From Blastocatellia bacterium (GTDB taxonomy: Bacteria; Acidobacteriota; Blastocatellia; UBA7656), in contig DATNBZ010000069.1 in NCBI GenBank assembly GCA_035607285.1, forward strand, positions 10,182-74,181: a DNA stretch of 64,000 nt, in the 5' to 3' direction. How positions within the stretch are numbered: the first letter of the stretch is position 1; each line of letters begins with the position of its first letter. Below are positions 37,980-47,883 of this stretch, piece after piece. The notes under the pieces are model-generated. The model was not told the DNA's origin, did no database searches, and worked only from the letters and a program-made list of their open reading frames with translations. A program made the translations under genes and the position numbers.

Positions 37980-38723
37980 ATGCAGATCACAACGCAGTAC
38001 CTCGACATACACTCCGTTGGAACCGAAATGCGAACGTTCGTAGCCGCGCCGAGTCGCGAGGGCAAGTTTCCCGGAGTTCTTCTCTATTCCGACATTTTTC
38101 AGCTCACCGCTCCGACACTGAGATCGGCGGTGCGACTGGCCGGCTACGGATTCGTAGTTGCAGCGCCTGAGATATATCATCGTCTCGAACCCCCGGGAAC
38201 AGTGATCCCGTTCGACGACGACGGTCGCGACCGCGGTCTCGCGGATGCCGCAAGAACCGCCGTCGCGGAGTTCGATGACGATTGCCGCGCCGGGCTTGAT
38301 TATTTGAAGCAGCATGCCGACGTCGAACACGGAAGCTTGGCGGCTACCGGTTTCTGCATCGGGGGACATCTCGCTTTTCGCGCTGCGTTGCAGCCGGATG
38401 TGCGTTCAACGGTGTGCTTTTACGGGACGGGCATCCACAACGGCAGGCTTGGCAAAGACGAAAACGCCGGCTCGCTCGAGCGCGCTTCTGATATCAGAGG
38501 AGACCTGCTGATGATCTTCGGCTCGCTCGACCCGCACGTGCCTGCGGAAGCTCGCGAAAAGATCCGAAGCGCGCTCGAGGGCGTCGGTACAAAGTTCAAG
38601 ATGAGCGTTTACGACGCCGAGCATGCGTTCATGCGAGATGAAGGACCGCGCTACGACCCGGAAGCTACCGATCGAGCGTGGGATGAGATGATTCGTTTCC
38701 TGCGGCGGTCCGACAAACTTTAG
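37980..38723 (+). CDS. Dienelactone hydrolase-family protein.
   Basis: 247-aa alpha/beta-hydrolase with the DLH pattern (GFCIGG nucleophile elbow). Confidence 0.75.
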   Translation: MQITTQYLDIHSVGTEMRTFVAAPSREGKFPGVLLYSDIFQLTAPTLRSAVRLAGYGFVVAAPEIYHRLEPPGTVIPFDDDGRDRGLADAARTAVAEFDDDCRAGLDYLKQHADVEHGSLAATGFCIGGHLAFRAALQPDVRSTVCFYGTGIHNGRLGKDENAGSLERASDIRGDLLMIFGSLDPHVPAEAREKIRSALEGVGTKFKMSVYDAEHAFMRDEGPRYDPEATDRAWDEMIRFLRRSDKL

Positions 38724-38846
38724 TTTGTCGATATGGACAGAAGACCGAAGACGACAAACTGAAGTTTGTCGGACATCAATCGAAAATGCTTTGTCTCACA
38801 CCGGCAAGCGGTCTAGACTATCGAGGTAGGCTTCACGTAGGCTTCA

Positions 38847-39515
38847 ATGGCAACCCAGAAAGAAGACCTAAAGCTGTGCCGGGAGTGTGGCGCCAGATTA
38901 GCGCCCGACCTTCGTTACTGTGTTCACTGCTATTCTCCCGTAGGCACAGGCTCGACACGCGCGCACGTCGAGCTTGCCGGGGAGATAACGACAACACGCC
39001 GCGTTGATCCGACGAGGGTCTTCTCGCCTGAAAGGCATGAAGCAATAGCGCGACGCACGCGCGGCCGGAAGCGCTTGGTAGTTGCGGCAAGCATGGTGAT
39101 GCTGGCTGTCATCGCGGGATCGGTCAGCCTTAAGATGCTCAACCGGCGTTGGCGTGAAACCGAGCGAGTGATGGCGCGCGAAAAAGCCGCCCAGCGCGAG
39201 ATTAGCTCTATGGCCGATGCCCTGGAGCGGTTCCGAAACGACGTATTGCGTTATCCGACAAACGACGAGGGGCTCCGGAGCCTGGGGAGACGCCCGGCAG
39301 TGATCAACGATGGCGGCTCCGGCCGTATGACTTTTTGGTACGGGCCTTATCTGGACAACGTGCCCGAGGTTGATCCGTGGGGAAACGATTACATTTATAA
39401 GACGGCCGACGATGGCCGCAGCTTTGAGCTCTTTTCCTACGGCCCCGGTGGTGAAACAGGCTCTGACAGCCGATTTCGTGTCGCCTCCACGAATGCGACT
39501 GCGGCAAATAATTAG
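38847..39515 (+). CDS. Membrane protein with an N-terminal zinc ribbon and a C-terminal type II secretion GspG-like (pseudopilin) globular domain. It has no prepilin leader.
   Basis: CRECG...CVHC zinc ribbon, a transmembrane helix LVVAASMVMLAVIAGSV, then LRYPTNDEGL...WYGPYLDNVPEVDPWGNDYIYK...FELFSYGPGGETG, which matches the GspG C-terminal domain. Confidence 0.55.
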   Translation: MATQKEDLKLCRECGARLAPDLRYCVHCYSPVGTGSTRAHVELAGEITTTRRVDPTRVFSPERHEAIARRTRGRKRLVVAASMVMLAVIAGSVSLKMLNRRWRETERVMAREKAAQREISSMADALERFRNDVLRYPTNDEGLRSLGRRPAVINDGGSGRMTFWYGPYLDNVPEVDPWGNDYIYKTADDGRSFELFSYGPGGETGSDSRFRVASTNATAANN

Positions 39516-39692
39516 AATGGCGGTGACCGCGTTCCCTGAGAACCTTGATCGAAGAGAACACGCCAAAGAATAACGCTTCTAACACTCTCTCGGCGGCCCG
39601 ATAAAGTTCAGCCTTCAAGCCGCTGACTTACTCTCTCTAAGAACTACTGGTTCTCGCAACGGCGAGACCGGGAGTCATTTTCTGAATCGGAG

Positions 39693-40859
39693 TTGAGAAT
39701 GCAAACAGAGCAGGCCGCGTCTGGTGTACTTCAAATAAATGAAAAAGGCTTTGGCTTCCTTCGCCATCCGGAAAGCAACTATCTCCCCTCGCCAAAGGAT
39801 GTGTTTGTTCCCCGAGGGCTGATTCAACACTTTCGGCTGCGCGAGGGAGTGCAACTGTCGGGAACATCGAGCGCGTCCGACAATGGCGCCGGAGGCCAAG
39901 GCGGCCGCGGAAGCCGCGGGCGGCCGCAGTCGGATCAAATGACAAGCATCGAGCTGATAAACGGGATTGATCCCGACCAGTATGTTCGCATACCGGAGTT
40001 CACACAACTCACCAGCGTCGATCCGACCGAGCGCCTCGAGTTGTCGGCCGGAAACCCTAACCTGTCGATGCGAGTCCTCGATCTGATCGCGCCGATCGGA
40101 AAGGGTCAACGTGGTTTGATCGTCGCGCCGCCCAAGACCGGGAAGACCACCCTCATTGAAGAAATCGCCGAAGCAGTCGCCGACAATCATCCCGAGACCC
40201 ATCTGGTCGTTCTTCTGGTAGACGAGCGCCCCGAGGAAGTGACGCACATGAAGCGACGCGTGCGCGGCGAGGTGATCGCCTCGTCGTCTGATCAGAACTC
40301 AGAATTTCATCTGCAGATCACACATCTCGTACACGAACGCGTGAAGCGAATGGTCGAGTGCAAACAGGACGTAGTCATGCTGCTCGATTCAATCACTCGC
40401 CTCGCGCGAGCGTCCAACCGGGAAACGAGTCGTCGCGGGAGAACGATGTCGGGCGGAGTCGATTCTCGCGCTCTTGAATTCCCTCGCAAGTTCTTCGGGG
40501 CCGCGCGCAAGGCCGAAGAAGGAGGCTCGCTCACAATCATCGGCACAGCATTGATCGACACCGGAAGCCAAATGGACGAAGTGATCTTCCAGGAATTCAA
40601 GGGTACCGGCAATCTCGAGATTCAGCTCGATCGAAAGCTCGCCGAGCGCCGCATCTTCCCGGCGATCGACATATCGAAGTCGGGCACTCGAAAAGAAGAG
40701 AAGCTCTTCGATGCGGACACGATGCCGCAAATCAACCTGCTACGGCGCGCGCTGGCGGGCAAGAAATCGATTGAAGCGATGGAGATGTTACTCAAGGGTC
40801 TGAGCGAAACCCGCGACAACCGAGAGTTTCTGGATCGACTGAAGCAAACCGGCGCATAG
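39693..40859 (+). CDS. rho: Transcription termination factor Rho. It has a short N-terminus with no room for the N-terminal helix bundle, and a Gly/Arg-rich insertion.
   Basis: GFGFLR RNA-binding motif, Walker A APPKTGKT, and the Rho core. An in-frame stop at 39624 limits N-terminal extension; the start is TTG or the ATG two codons later. Confidence 0.85.
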   Translation: MRMQTEQAASGVLQINEKGFGFLRHPESNYLPSPKDVFVPRGLIQHFRLREGVQLSGTSSASDNGAGGQGGRGSRGRPQSDQMTSIELINGIDPDQYVRIPEFTQLTSVDPTERLELSAGNPNLSMRVLDLIAPIGKGQRGLIVAPPKTGKTTLIEEIAEAVADNHPETHLVVLLVDERPEEVTHMKRRVRGEVIASSSDQNSEFHLQITHLVHERVKRMVECKQDVVMLLDSITRLARASNRETSRRGRTMSGGVDSRALEFPRKFFGAARKAEEGGSLTIIGTALIDTGSQMDEVIFQEFKGTGNLEIQLDRKLAERRIFPAIDISKSGTRKEEKLFDADTMPQINLLRRALAGKKSIEAMEMLLKGLSETRDNREFLDRLKQTGA

Positions 40860-40865
40860 TCTCGT

Positions 40866-40978
40866 CAATCCGTGAGAATCCGCCGGATCAGCGTCATCCG
40901 TGGTCTATTTCCAAAAGACCAACCGCGAGTGTTACATAGACCACGGATGACGCTGATTCGACGGCTTCTCACGGATCT
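40866..40978. terminator. Long inverted repeat (CACGGAT-type arms) between convergent rho and rhodanese genes, a probable bidirectional terminator.
   Basis: CGTGAGAATCCGCCGGATCAGCGTCATCCGTGGTCTAT is reverse-complementary to ATAGACCACGGATGACGCTGATTCGACGGCTTCTCACG. Confidence 0.6.
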
Positions 40979-40984
40979 CTTCAC

Positions 40985-41464
40985 CTAGCTGCCCTTCTCC
41001 ACCGGATAACCTTTTGAGGTCCAGTCCTGGCCAAAAGTGTTGGGGAGATACAGCATCTTGATGTTCTTGAACCCCAGTTCCCGAAGCGTTCGATAAGCCG
41101 GCCGCGTGTTAGGACAATTCTCCCACGGACAGCATCCGCAGTAGCAAACCACCTGGCTTTTTCTATCCAGACCCTGCGCCTGTTTCTTCAACGCATCCAG
41201 TCCCTCGGCGCCACTCGCGGGGCCCGCGTATTTCGAGCCCGGTATGTGACCCATCTTATAAAGGTGAACGATTCCTATCTGAAACATGACGGGCTTGTTT
41301 TTGCCTTTAAGTAATCCGGCAAGTTCCTCGGGCTGCATCAAGTCCGCGGGCGACCACGGATCCTCATTCACAATGCCTCTGTCGGCCTGCGGGCGATTGG
41401 TGAACGCAATGCACATTAAGAAAGCCGCTAACGCAAGAACAACCATCTTCAAAAACTTCTTCAT
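40985..41464 (-). CDS. Secreted rhodanese-like domain protein.
   Basis: Signal peptide and the VVCYCGCCPWENCP active-site cysteine loop. Confidence 0.65.
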   Translation of the reverse strand: MKKFLKMVVLALAAFLMCIAFTNRPQADRGIVNEDPWSPADLMQPEELAGLLKGKNKPVMFQIGIVHLYKMGHIPGSKYAGPASGAEGLDALKKQAQGLDRKSQVVCYCGCCPWENCPNTRPAYRTLRELGFKNIKMLYLPNTFGQDWTSKGYPVEKGS

Positions 41465-41502
41465 CTTTCACCTCCTGGTTTTTGTCGCTCTAATCAACCT
41501 TC

Positions 41503-41590
41503 CTTGTAGGGGCGGCCCTCGGTGGCCGCCCCTCTTACCAAGGCGCCCTTTGACTGAAGAGGGGCGGCCACGGAGGGCCGCCCGTACATG
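41503..41590. repeat. Family-B palindrome pair (GGGGCGGCCCTCGGTGGCCGCCCC ... GGGGCGGCCACGGAGGGCCGCCC).
   Basis: Read directly. The same family occurs at 12157-12190, 45085-45174, 50532-50696 and 58336-58372. Confidence 0.85.
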
Positions 41591-41608
41591 CTTCTTGCGG
41601 AGTCGCCG

Positions 41609-42749
41609 CTACTGACCGCTCAGCCTGGCAGAAGCAGCCGGCACATCGCGATAAGAAAAAGTCTTGTCAACTGATGAGAACGCTTTGCCGTCAACCTCCG
41701 CGTAAGGATAGACAAAATAGTTGAGCGGTTCCCCTCCCTGCTTAGGATTGAGAGTCAGATCCCGGCCGATACTGAACTCGACGCGATTCTCGTCGTGAGC
41801 GCCAAAGAAATATTCACGCCTGGCCGGGTTCTTTGCCGCTTCGGACGCGTCTATCGGAATCCAGCCGATGCCTTTTACAAAGACCTCAGCCCAGCAATGA
41901 TAACCGCTTATCTGGCCGGCGCCTCTATCCGCAGGCAAGGGAAAGCCGATCGCAAATCGCGCTGGGATGCCCAGCGCGCGCGAGTAGCCGATGACGATCG
42001 CGTGAAAGTCCGTGCAGTTTCCGCGCCTTGCATCGCAAGCGTAATAGATATCACCGCGTCCCCAACCCTGTCCGCTCTTATCGTATCTGACGGTTGAAAC
42101 GACGTGGTTGTAGATGGCCCTGACCTTTTCAAGGTCGGTCTTAGCCCCGGCGGCGTCGACGACTTCATGCGCCCACTGCTTGACCTTTCCGTCAATCGGC
42201 ACAAGGCGGTCCGGTTGAAGCCATCGCGCCATCTCAGGATCGCGATCTTCCTTCGCACCGGAATAGACGTCCACGTGTAGCCTCTCCTGAATATGCTCCC
42301 TGCGCATCGCATTGAAGCGCATACGGTCAAGCTCGATTGTTGAGGGTTCTTCAAGCTGATGTGTAAGACCCTGTTTCCGTATTGCGCGGTGCTGGTGCGA
42401 TAAGGATATGGAGACTCGATCTTCAAGTCTGTGATTTTTGGAAGGGGCCCTCATGCGGGACCGGTATCCAGAGATCAACCGTCTTCGCGCCGGTCGGAAT
42501 GTCTTTGATTGTAGCGACGTATTCGACCTGGAAGCTGCGCTCGCGCGGAGTCGCTGCCATCGACTGAACAACTGCCAGCAACGTCATCGCCAACACCGCA
42601 CAGGTCCGACATGCTGCCAGCCGGCCGAGGCGAGTAATGTAGAGCACCAGGTTGGCGAGAAGACTCTTCGACAAGCCGGCAGCTTGTCGGACAACGATGT
42701 AGCAAAAAACCATCCTCGCACGCACTGTCATGGTTCCTCCTGAAATCAT
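41609..42749 (-). pseudogene. Transglutaminase-like (Cys-His-Asp) secreted protein gene disrupted by two frameshifts near its 5' end. This is either a pseudogene or a sequence error.
   Basis: Three consecutive frames carry contiguous protein-like sequence: ...PHEGPFQKSQT|KIESPYPYRTSTAQYGNRVLHISLKNPQQ|STIELDRMRFNAMRREH... The transglutaminase core is GNCTDFHAIVIGYSRALGIPARF ... GYHCWAEVF ... IPIDAS. Frame switches fall near 42424 and 42340-42375. Confidence 0.45.
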
Positions 42750-43004
42750 GCGTCACACAAGACATTCATTATATTCGCTGACATGACCTCCGGTCTATTT
42801 GTTCGCACCCGCGGTGCAAGTCATACCGGTCAGCTCGACGCGGCACGCACGTTGCACCCAACTCTGGTGGGAGTGAATGAAGACTGTAAATCGGCTTGTT
42901 TCGATACGCTGTCCGCGAATGGTGATCCATTCCAAAACAATCGCGATCGGCCGTTTCGCTCCGACGAAAGATGAAGCAGAAATTCAAGAACTCAGGGGGT
43001 TGTC

Positions 43005-43598
43005 ATGAACGAATATTCCGAGAGACGAACCGTAGTCGAGGACGACGTACCAATCAAACGCGCGAGGCCAGTGGTCGAGACTCAGTACGATTCAGTAGTT
43101 CGTGAAGAGCGAGGCATGTCCGGCGGGGCCGTTGCGGCGTTGGTCCTGGCCGCGATCGCAGCGGCGGTTGTGATCACTATGCTGATTCTCAATAATCAGC
43201 AAAAGAATACTGATGATGAACTGGCGCAGGAAAGAGCAAGGGCGGCTGCGGCGCAGCAAGCGACTTCGCAACAACCTGCTCAACCAGCGCAACCCGCTCA
43301 AGTACCGCCTGTCGTTGTAATGCCGTCACAGCCGATGCCTGCTGTAACTACTCCGGTCACGCCGCCGCCTGCAACCGAGACCGCGCCCTCGAGCGCTCAG
43401 GTGGAAATAGATGTCACCTCAACTCTATTGGGCGATTCCGAGCTGCGAACTTTCCCGATTGATGTGAAAGTCGCAGGCCGAACGGCTATGCTTAGCGGAC
43501 ACGTTCCGAGCGATGACTTAAAGATACGCGCCGAAAAGCTTGCAAGGACCGTCAAGGGAGTGGGGAAAGTTATCAACAACATTACTGTCGAGCCGTAA
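43005..43598 (+). CDS. Membrane-anchored BON-domain protein with a Pro/Gln-rich linker.
   Basis: Transmembrane helix, PAQPAQPAQ linker, and C-terminal BON-like DVKVAGRTAMLSGHVPSDDLKIRAEKLARTVKGVGKVINNITV. Confidence 0.6.
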   Translation: MNEYSERRTVVEDDVPIKRARPVVETQYDSVVREERGMSGGAVAALVLAAIAAAVVITMLILNNQQKNTDDELAQERARAAAAQQATSQQPAQPAQPAQVPPVVVMPSQPMPAVTTPVTPPPATETAPSSAQVEIDVTSTLLGDSELRTFPIDVKVAGRTAMLSGHVPSDDLKIRAEKLARTVKGVGKVINNITVEP

Positions 43599-43613
43599 CT
43601 GGATAGTACAAAC

Positions 43614-45083
43614 ATGATTAGATCTTTCTGGAACAATGAGCGCCGTCTCGGAACGGCAACCCGAATCTTTCGTTTGATGAGCACGCTCATTGGCCTCAGC
43701 TTGGTTTTGGCAGCGGCAGGCTGTGTTCAGGAGTCTCCAAACGGAAATACGGCTCCTGCTTCAAACACAAACGCAACGAGCAACGCGCCTCCAATCGCCG
43801 AGACACCGCCGCCGAAGGCGGACAACCCGGCGCCGAAGGATGAAACGCTCACTCTACCGGTGCTCGACGCGTTCTTCGCACAGGAGAGCTTCGCGGATGA
43901 ACTCAAGGCGAAGCTGCAACTCACCGACGCGCAAGTCAATCAACTCCGCGCCATCGCGCGTCAGGAAACTTCCAAGCTGCGCGAGAGCAAAAGTGACGAT
44001 CAATACACCGGCAGTGCGGCGGCGGCGCGGCAGGAAGCCGTCCAGCAGATCAGAACGGCCATTGGCGCGCAAAAGTCGGACGAGCTGCTGGCCTTTGTAA
44101 GCGACCGATGGAACGGCGGCGCGACCGCCGCTACAACGCCGGATGCCAAATCCGGCGACAAGTCCAGTGCCAAGTCCAGCGCCGCGTCCAGCGCCATACC
44201 TGCTGATACGCGCATCGTCGTTAACGCTCCAGCGTTTCGGATGGATGTCTTTGAAGATGGCCGGCTGAGCAAGTCCTACAAGATCGGCATCGGCTATCCC
44301 GAGTTCCCTCTACCAATCGGCCTCCGCAAAGCAGAGACGATAATCTTCAACCCTTCGTGGACGCCGCCAGATGAACCGTGGGTCGAATCTGCGAACAGCA
44401 AAGTGAAGATTGGAGAAAAGGTCGCGGCAGGCGACAAGTTAAATCCGCTGGGGCCGATCAAAATTCCCATAGGCCTGCCGTCGTTGATCCACGGCGGCAA
44501 GGCTCCGGCAAAGCTCGGGGGCTTCGCCTCGCACGGTTGTGTTGGATTGACGACTCCGCAGGTACAAGACTTCGCCGCGCGCCTCGCTCAACTGTCCGGC
44601 ACTCAGTTGACCCAGGAGCAGTTCGCAGAGTACCTGAAACACAAGACCGACACGAAGTCAGTCAAGCTTGCGAGACCAGTGATGGTGGAGTTGCGCTACG
44701 ACACGATTACGGTCGAGGACGGCAAGCTGCATATCTACCGCGATGTGTATGAGCGTGGCACGAACACCGAAGAGAATTTGCGCGCCGTTTTGCAATCAAA
44801 CGGGATGAGTTTCGATAAACTGAGCGACGCCGCACGCACCGCCGCGTTGCGGGCGCTCAACGCCATGTCACGAAATGCCGGCGGGAAGCCCGTCACCGAA
44901 ACTGATTCCAAACCAGCTAAGAACAAGGATTCAACCGGCAAGGTGACTCGGCTCATCAAGGGCGCCAAAGAAGCGGTGATAGACATTCCAGAACTGGCAG
45001 GCAAAGGCTATCCCGCTGCGGTAGATCTCGACACCGGAGTACCGCCAAAGGCGCAGGCTCCGCGTGCTCGCAAGCGGCGATAG
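43614..45083 (+). CDS. L,D-transpeptidase (YkuD) domain lipoprotein.
   Basis: Lipobox LAAAGC, and a catalytic region IHGGKAPAKLGGFASHGCVGL with His/Cys. Confidence 0.75.
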   Translation: MIRSFWNNERRLGTATRIFRLMSTLIGLSLVLAAAGCVQESPNGNTAPASNTNATSNAPPIAETPPPKADNPAPKDETLTLPVLDAFFAQESFADELKAKLQLTDAQVNQLRAIARQETSKLRESKSDDQYTGSAAAARQEAVQQIRTAIGAQKSDELLAFVSDRWNGGATAATTPDAKSGDKSSAKSSAASSAIPADTRIVVNAPAFRMDVFEDGRLSKSYKIGIGYPEFPLPIGLRKAETIIFNPSWTPPDEPWVESANSKVKIGEKVAAGDKLNPLGPIKIPIGLPSLIHGGKAPAKLGGFASHGCVGLTTPQVQDFAARLAQLSGTQLTQEQFAEYLKHKTDTKSVKLARPVMVELRYDTITVEDGKLHIYRDVYERGTNTEENLRAVLQSNGMSFDKLSDAARTAALRALNAMSRNAGGKPVTETDSKPAKNKDSTGKVTRLIKGAKEAVIDIPELAGKGYPAAVDLDTGVPPKAQAPRARKRR

Positions 45084-45084
45084 A

Positions 45085-45174
45085 ATGTAGGGGCGGCCCT
45101 CCGTGGCCGCCCCTCGTTGCAAGGCAATCGCCGCGATTCGACCCAGGGGCGGCCACGGAGGGCGCCCATACATG
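45085..45174. repeat. Family-B palindrome pair.
   Basis: TGTAGGGGCGGCCCTCCGTGGCCGCCCCT ... AGGGGCGGCCACGGAGGGCGCCCATACATG. Confidence 0.85.
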
Positions 45175-45178
45175 TAAT

Positions 45179-45928
45179 TCAATGTTTCACCAGTAACGGA
45201 TAAGGATTGATTGGATCGCCGCCGCTCCACTTGCCCGGCGCTGAAATCCTCGAGATCGCAAAGTGGAGGTGGTAATTTCCGGCGCCGGCGTTGCCCGTAT
45301 CTCCCACGTAAGCAATAACATCTCCCCGTCGCAATTGCTTCCCTTCCGCTATTCCGTCTTCGTAACGCATCAAGTGCGCATAGTAATAAACATAACGTCC
45401 AGAGGGGTCGAGTTGATAAAGGGTTATTCCGCCCCGCTCGCTTTGAAAAAGTTTCGTCACCACCCCATCAGTCGTCGCGAGCACTGGAGTTCCCTGTGGC
45501 GCCTTTATGTCGAGAGCATCGTGCTGCCTCCCTTCGGAGCGCGACTCCTTGAAGGTGTCGTGTACCTGGCTCGCTGATATTCCCCTCAAAGGTATCAGAA
45601 GGTTTCTCGAGACGAGATAGTCAATATCACTATCGGTGACGTTGCTCGGTTCAGCGGTTGAAGGAGCAGTCTCCCGGGAAGGCGCAGCCGGAGCTTCCCT
45701 GGGCCGACTCCCTTTCTCGTCGCTGGTAGCCGGCGCGCTCACAGAGTCTACTTTGCGCGCAACAGGCTGTGACCCGTGTGGTGTTTGCAGGTTTAGCAGC
45801 TCAACGGACATCAGAATGACAGCCAGGCCCGACAACACGAGCAACACTATGCGTCGATATTTGATTGGCAATTTTGTGCGCCGTCCGTTTCCTAAGATGC
45901 CGCTGAGCTTCAAGGGGCGGGCCTCCAC
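45179..45928 (-). CDS. M23-family metallopeptidase.
   Basis: HxxxD (HDALD) and HLHF (NYHLHFAI) zinc-binding motifs. Confidence 0.8.
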   Translation of the reverse strand: MEARPLKLSGILGNGRRTKLPIKYRRIVLLVLSGLAVILMSVELLNLQTPHGSQPVARKVDSVSAPATSDEKGSRPREAPAAPSRETAPSTAEPSNVTDSDIDYLVSRNLLIPLRGISASQVHDTFKESRSEGRQHDALDIKAPQGTPVLATTDGVVTKLFQSERGGITLYQLDPSGRYVYYYAHLMRYEDGIAEGKQLRRGDVIAYVGDTGNAGAGNYHLHFAISRISAPGKWSGGDPINPYPLLVKH

Positions 45929-45939
45929 GCCAGGCGGGG

Positions 45940-47850
45940 TCAGTGATTTTGAGTCTGTTCAGTCTCATCGCCGGTTGTCGATCTGGCTACTGCCGGCCGT
46001 TGCGCGAGTCCGCCTTTGCAAACCGCCAACTGCGCGACGATCGATGCATCTCGCCCCGACAATTGCTGCGCGAGCGAGAGGGCACGATCGAAGTCTGATT
46101 TCGCGAGCACCGCCAGCGTTTTTTCGAGACTCGGCCCATTCAGATCGTCAAGCGCAAAGGTCCGGGCAGCGTTTCCTTTTGCTGCTGAAGCCGGCTCATC
46201 CTTCGATTCCTGCTGACGCTTGCTCGCTTCGTTGATCGTCTTTATCGCCGACTGCAGCGTTTCGAAACTGCTTATGTAATCGAAAGCTGCGAAGCTGCCG
46301 GCGATCTTGAGCAGCGATCGCGCACGGTCCATCAGCGCCGCCCTGGCCGAGCAGGTTGCGGCCTCGTTGAGCAGCTCGACCGCGCGGCCTTCCTCTCTCG
46401 AAACCAGCGCACCGTTTGCGAGCATCACCATAACGTCGGCGCGCAAACTAAGATCGACAACTCGCCGGGCAAGGGCCAGGGCATCTTCGATTCGCTTTGC
46501 AGACGAATACCGCTGCACGACCTGAATCAACACCCGGTCGCGCGTTGCGTCGTTCGAGATTCTAATTGCTGTTTCCTCCGCCTCTTTCAACCCATCTCGC
46601 GCGAGCCAGCCAAGGGCCGCTCGAGCCCACAGCGAATCGCGCTCGCTTTTGTCTGTAGCCTCGATTGCATCCCGCGCGATGTCGGCGGGCGCGCGAACGC
46701 CGAGGTCAGAAGCGTCGATCAAGGCGTCTGGCGTCGAAGCGTCTGCCCCGGCCTCAATCGCGGCGCCGGTTCCGCTGGCGACGTAGCGTTGCAACTGGCC
46801 CGCGCGTTCTGGCAGATAACGCTCGACCAAATCAGTAAGCTGCCGGCCAATGAAGTACGCGGCCGAGTCGTCGCGGGTCGTGATTGCCGAGGGGTTGGAC
46901 TCGCCCCGCGCAATCTTGGTCAACGCAAGGTTGAGAAAACGAACGACAAGCTCCTTGCTGAGGCTTTGGTCGGATGTGACGTTGACGACCGAAACAACGT
47001 ATGAACCCAGGGCGTGGACATCTGTAAGGTTGATCTCCGATGACTCTTCGAGCCGGGCTACCACATTTGAAAAGAGCAGGTCGGCTCGTTCGGCATCCAC
47101 CGCTCGTAAAAGCGTCATGAACCTTGCGAGATAAGGGGACACGCCTAACGCGACACTCATCTGTGCGAATGCCATCGCTTGCTGCGGATCGCGCTCGACA
47201 ATCTGCAGAGCGGCGCTCATCAGCAGCTCGCGGCGTTCGGTGTCTTCTCGCGTCGGACTCGGGTTTATCGTTGAATGCGCGCTTTGCGAGGGGTTCGCAG
47301 TGCCCGAACTCGCCCCGCAATCCGGTGACGTGCCGTCCTTGCAATCGCGCGATGAACCCTCGATTTTCTCGGCTACGCTCCCGGCAAGCTCTTCCGCCAG
47401 AACCGGGTCGTGCGCAGCGATTTGGTTGAGTAGCTCGCTCCGAAGCTGTCGCTTGCGCGCCGCACTCAACTCTGGTCGAGCCGCGGCGCCGGAAGAGCCG
47501 GACGCGTTGGTTTTTTGATCGCCGGATTTGGCCGGCGCCGTCGCAAGAGACTCGAAGGCGCGGCGATAAATCGAACTCGCTCGCCCGGCGTCCCGCGACC
47601 ACAGCAGCGTCGCCGCTTGCGCCTGCGCTCGCACAGCGAAGGCGAGGTCATCAGAAGCGCGGGCTTCATCGGCCAACCGCTCGAGCAGCAAAGTTATTCG
47701 GGTCGTCCGGGTGGCCTGTTGAAGATCCTCTTCTTTCTCGATCTTTGCGGCGGCGGATACGGCCGGCTGCGAAAGCTGGGCGTTCGCTACGATGGGTCCC
47801 AGGGCCAGGGCGACTAAGACTGCGCAGCCTTTTAGAAAGTTCCGCGCCAT
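45940..47850 (-). CDS. Secreted Ala/Arg-rich helical hypothetical protein.
   Basis: 636-aa ORF with a signal peptide MARNFLKGCAVLVALALGPIVANAQ. No recognisable catalytic motif. Confidence 0.5.
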   Translation of the reverse strand: MARNFLKGCAVLVALALGPIVANAQLSQPAVSAAAKIEKEEDLQQATRTTRITLLLERLADEARASDDLAFAVRAQAQAATLLWSRDAGRASSIYRRAFESLATAPAKSGDQKTNASGSSGAAARPELSAARKRQLRSELLNQIAAHDPVLAEELAGSVAEKIEGSSRDCKDGTSPDCGASSGTANPSQSAHSTINPSPTREDTERRELLMSAALQIVERDPQQAMAFAQMSVALGVSPYLARFMTLLRAVDAERADLLFSNVVARLEESSEINLTDVHALGSYVVSVVNVTSDQSLSKELVVRFLNLALTKIARGESNPSAITTRDDSAAYFIGRQLTDLVERYLPERAGQLQRYVASGTGAAIEAGADASTPDALIDASDLGVRAPADIARDAIEATDKSERDSLWARAALGWLARDGLKEAEETAIRISNDATRDRVLIQVVQRYSSAKRIEDALALARRVVDLSLRADVMVMLANGALVSREEGRAVELLNEAATCSARAALMDRARSLLKIAGSFAAFDYISSFETLQSAIKTINEASKRQQESKDEPASAAKGNAARTFALDDLNGPSLEKTLAVLAKSDFDRALSLAQQLSGRDASIVAQLAVCKGGLAQRPAVARSTTGDETEQTQNH

Positions 47851-47883
47851 GCCTCGAATCTAGCACGGAGCAAGAACAGAGTA

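Noticed and set aside
37980-38723. Dienelactone hydrolase as a functional partner of the pentapeptide-TIR gene (a two-gene defence system)
   Set aside because: The dienelactone hydrolase gene has host-like GC, unlike the TIR gene, and dienelactone hydrolases are common housekeeping or catabolic enzymes. No mechanistic link is evident, so the TIR gene is treated as stand-alone.
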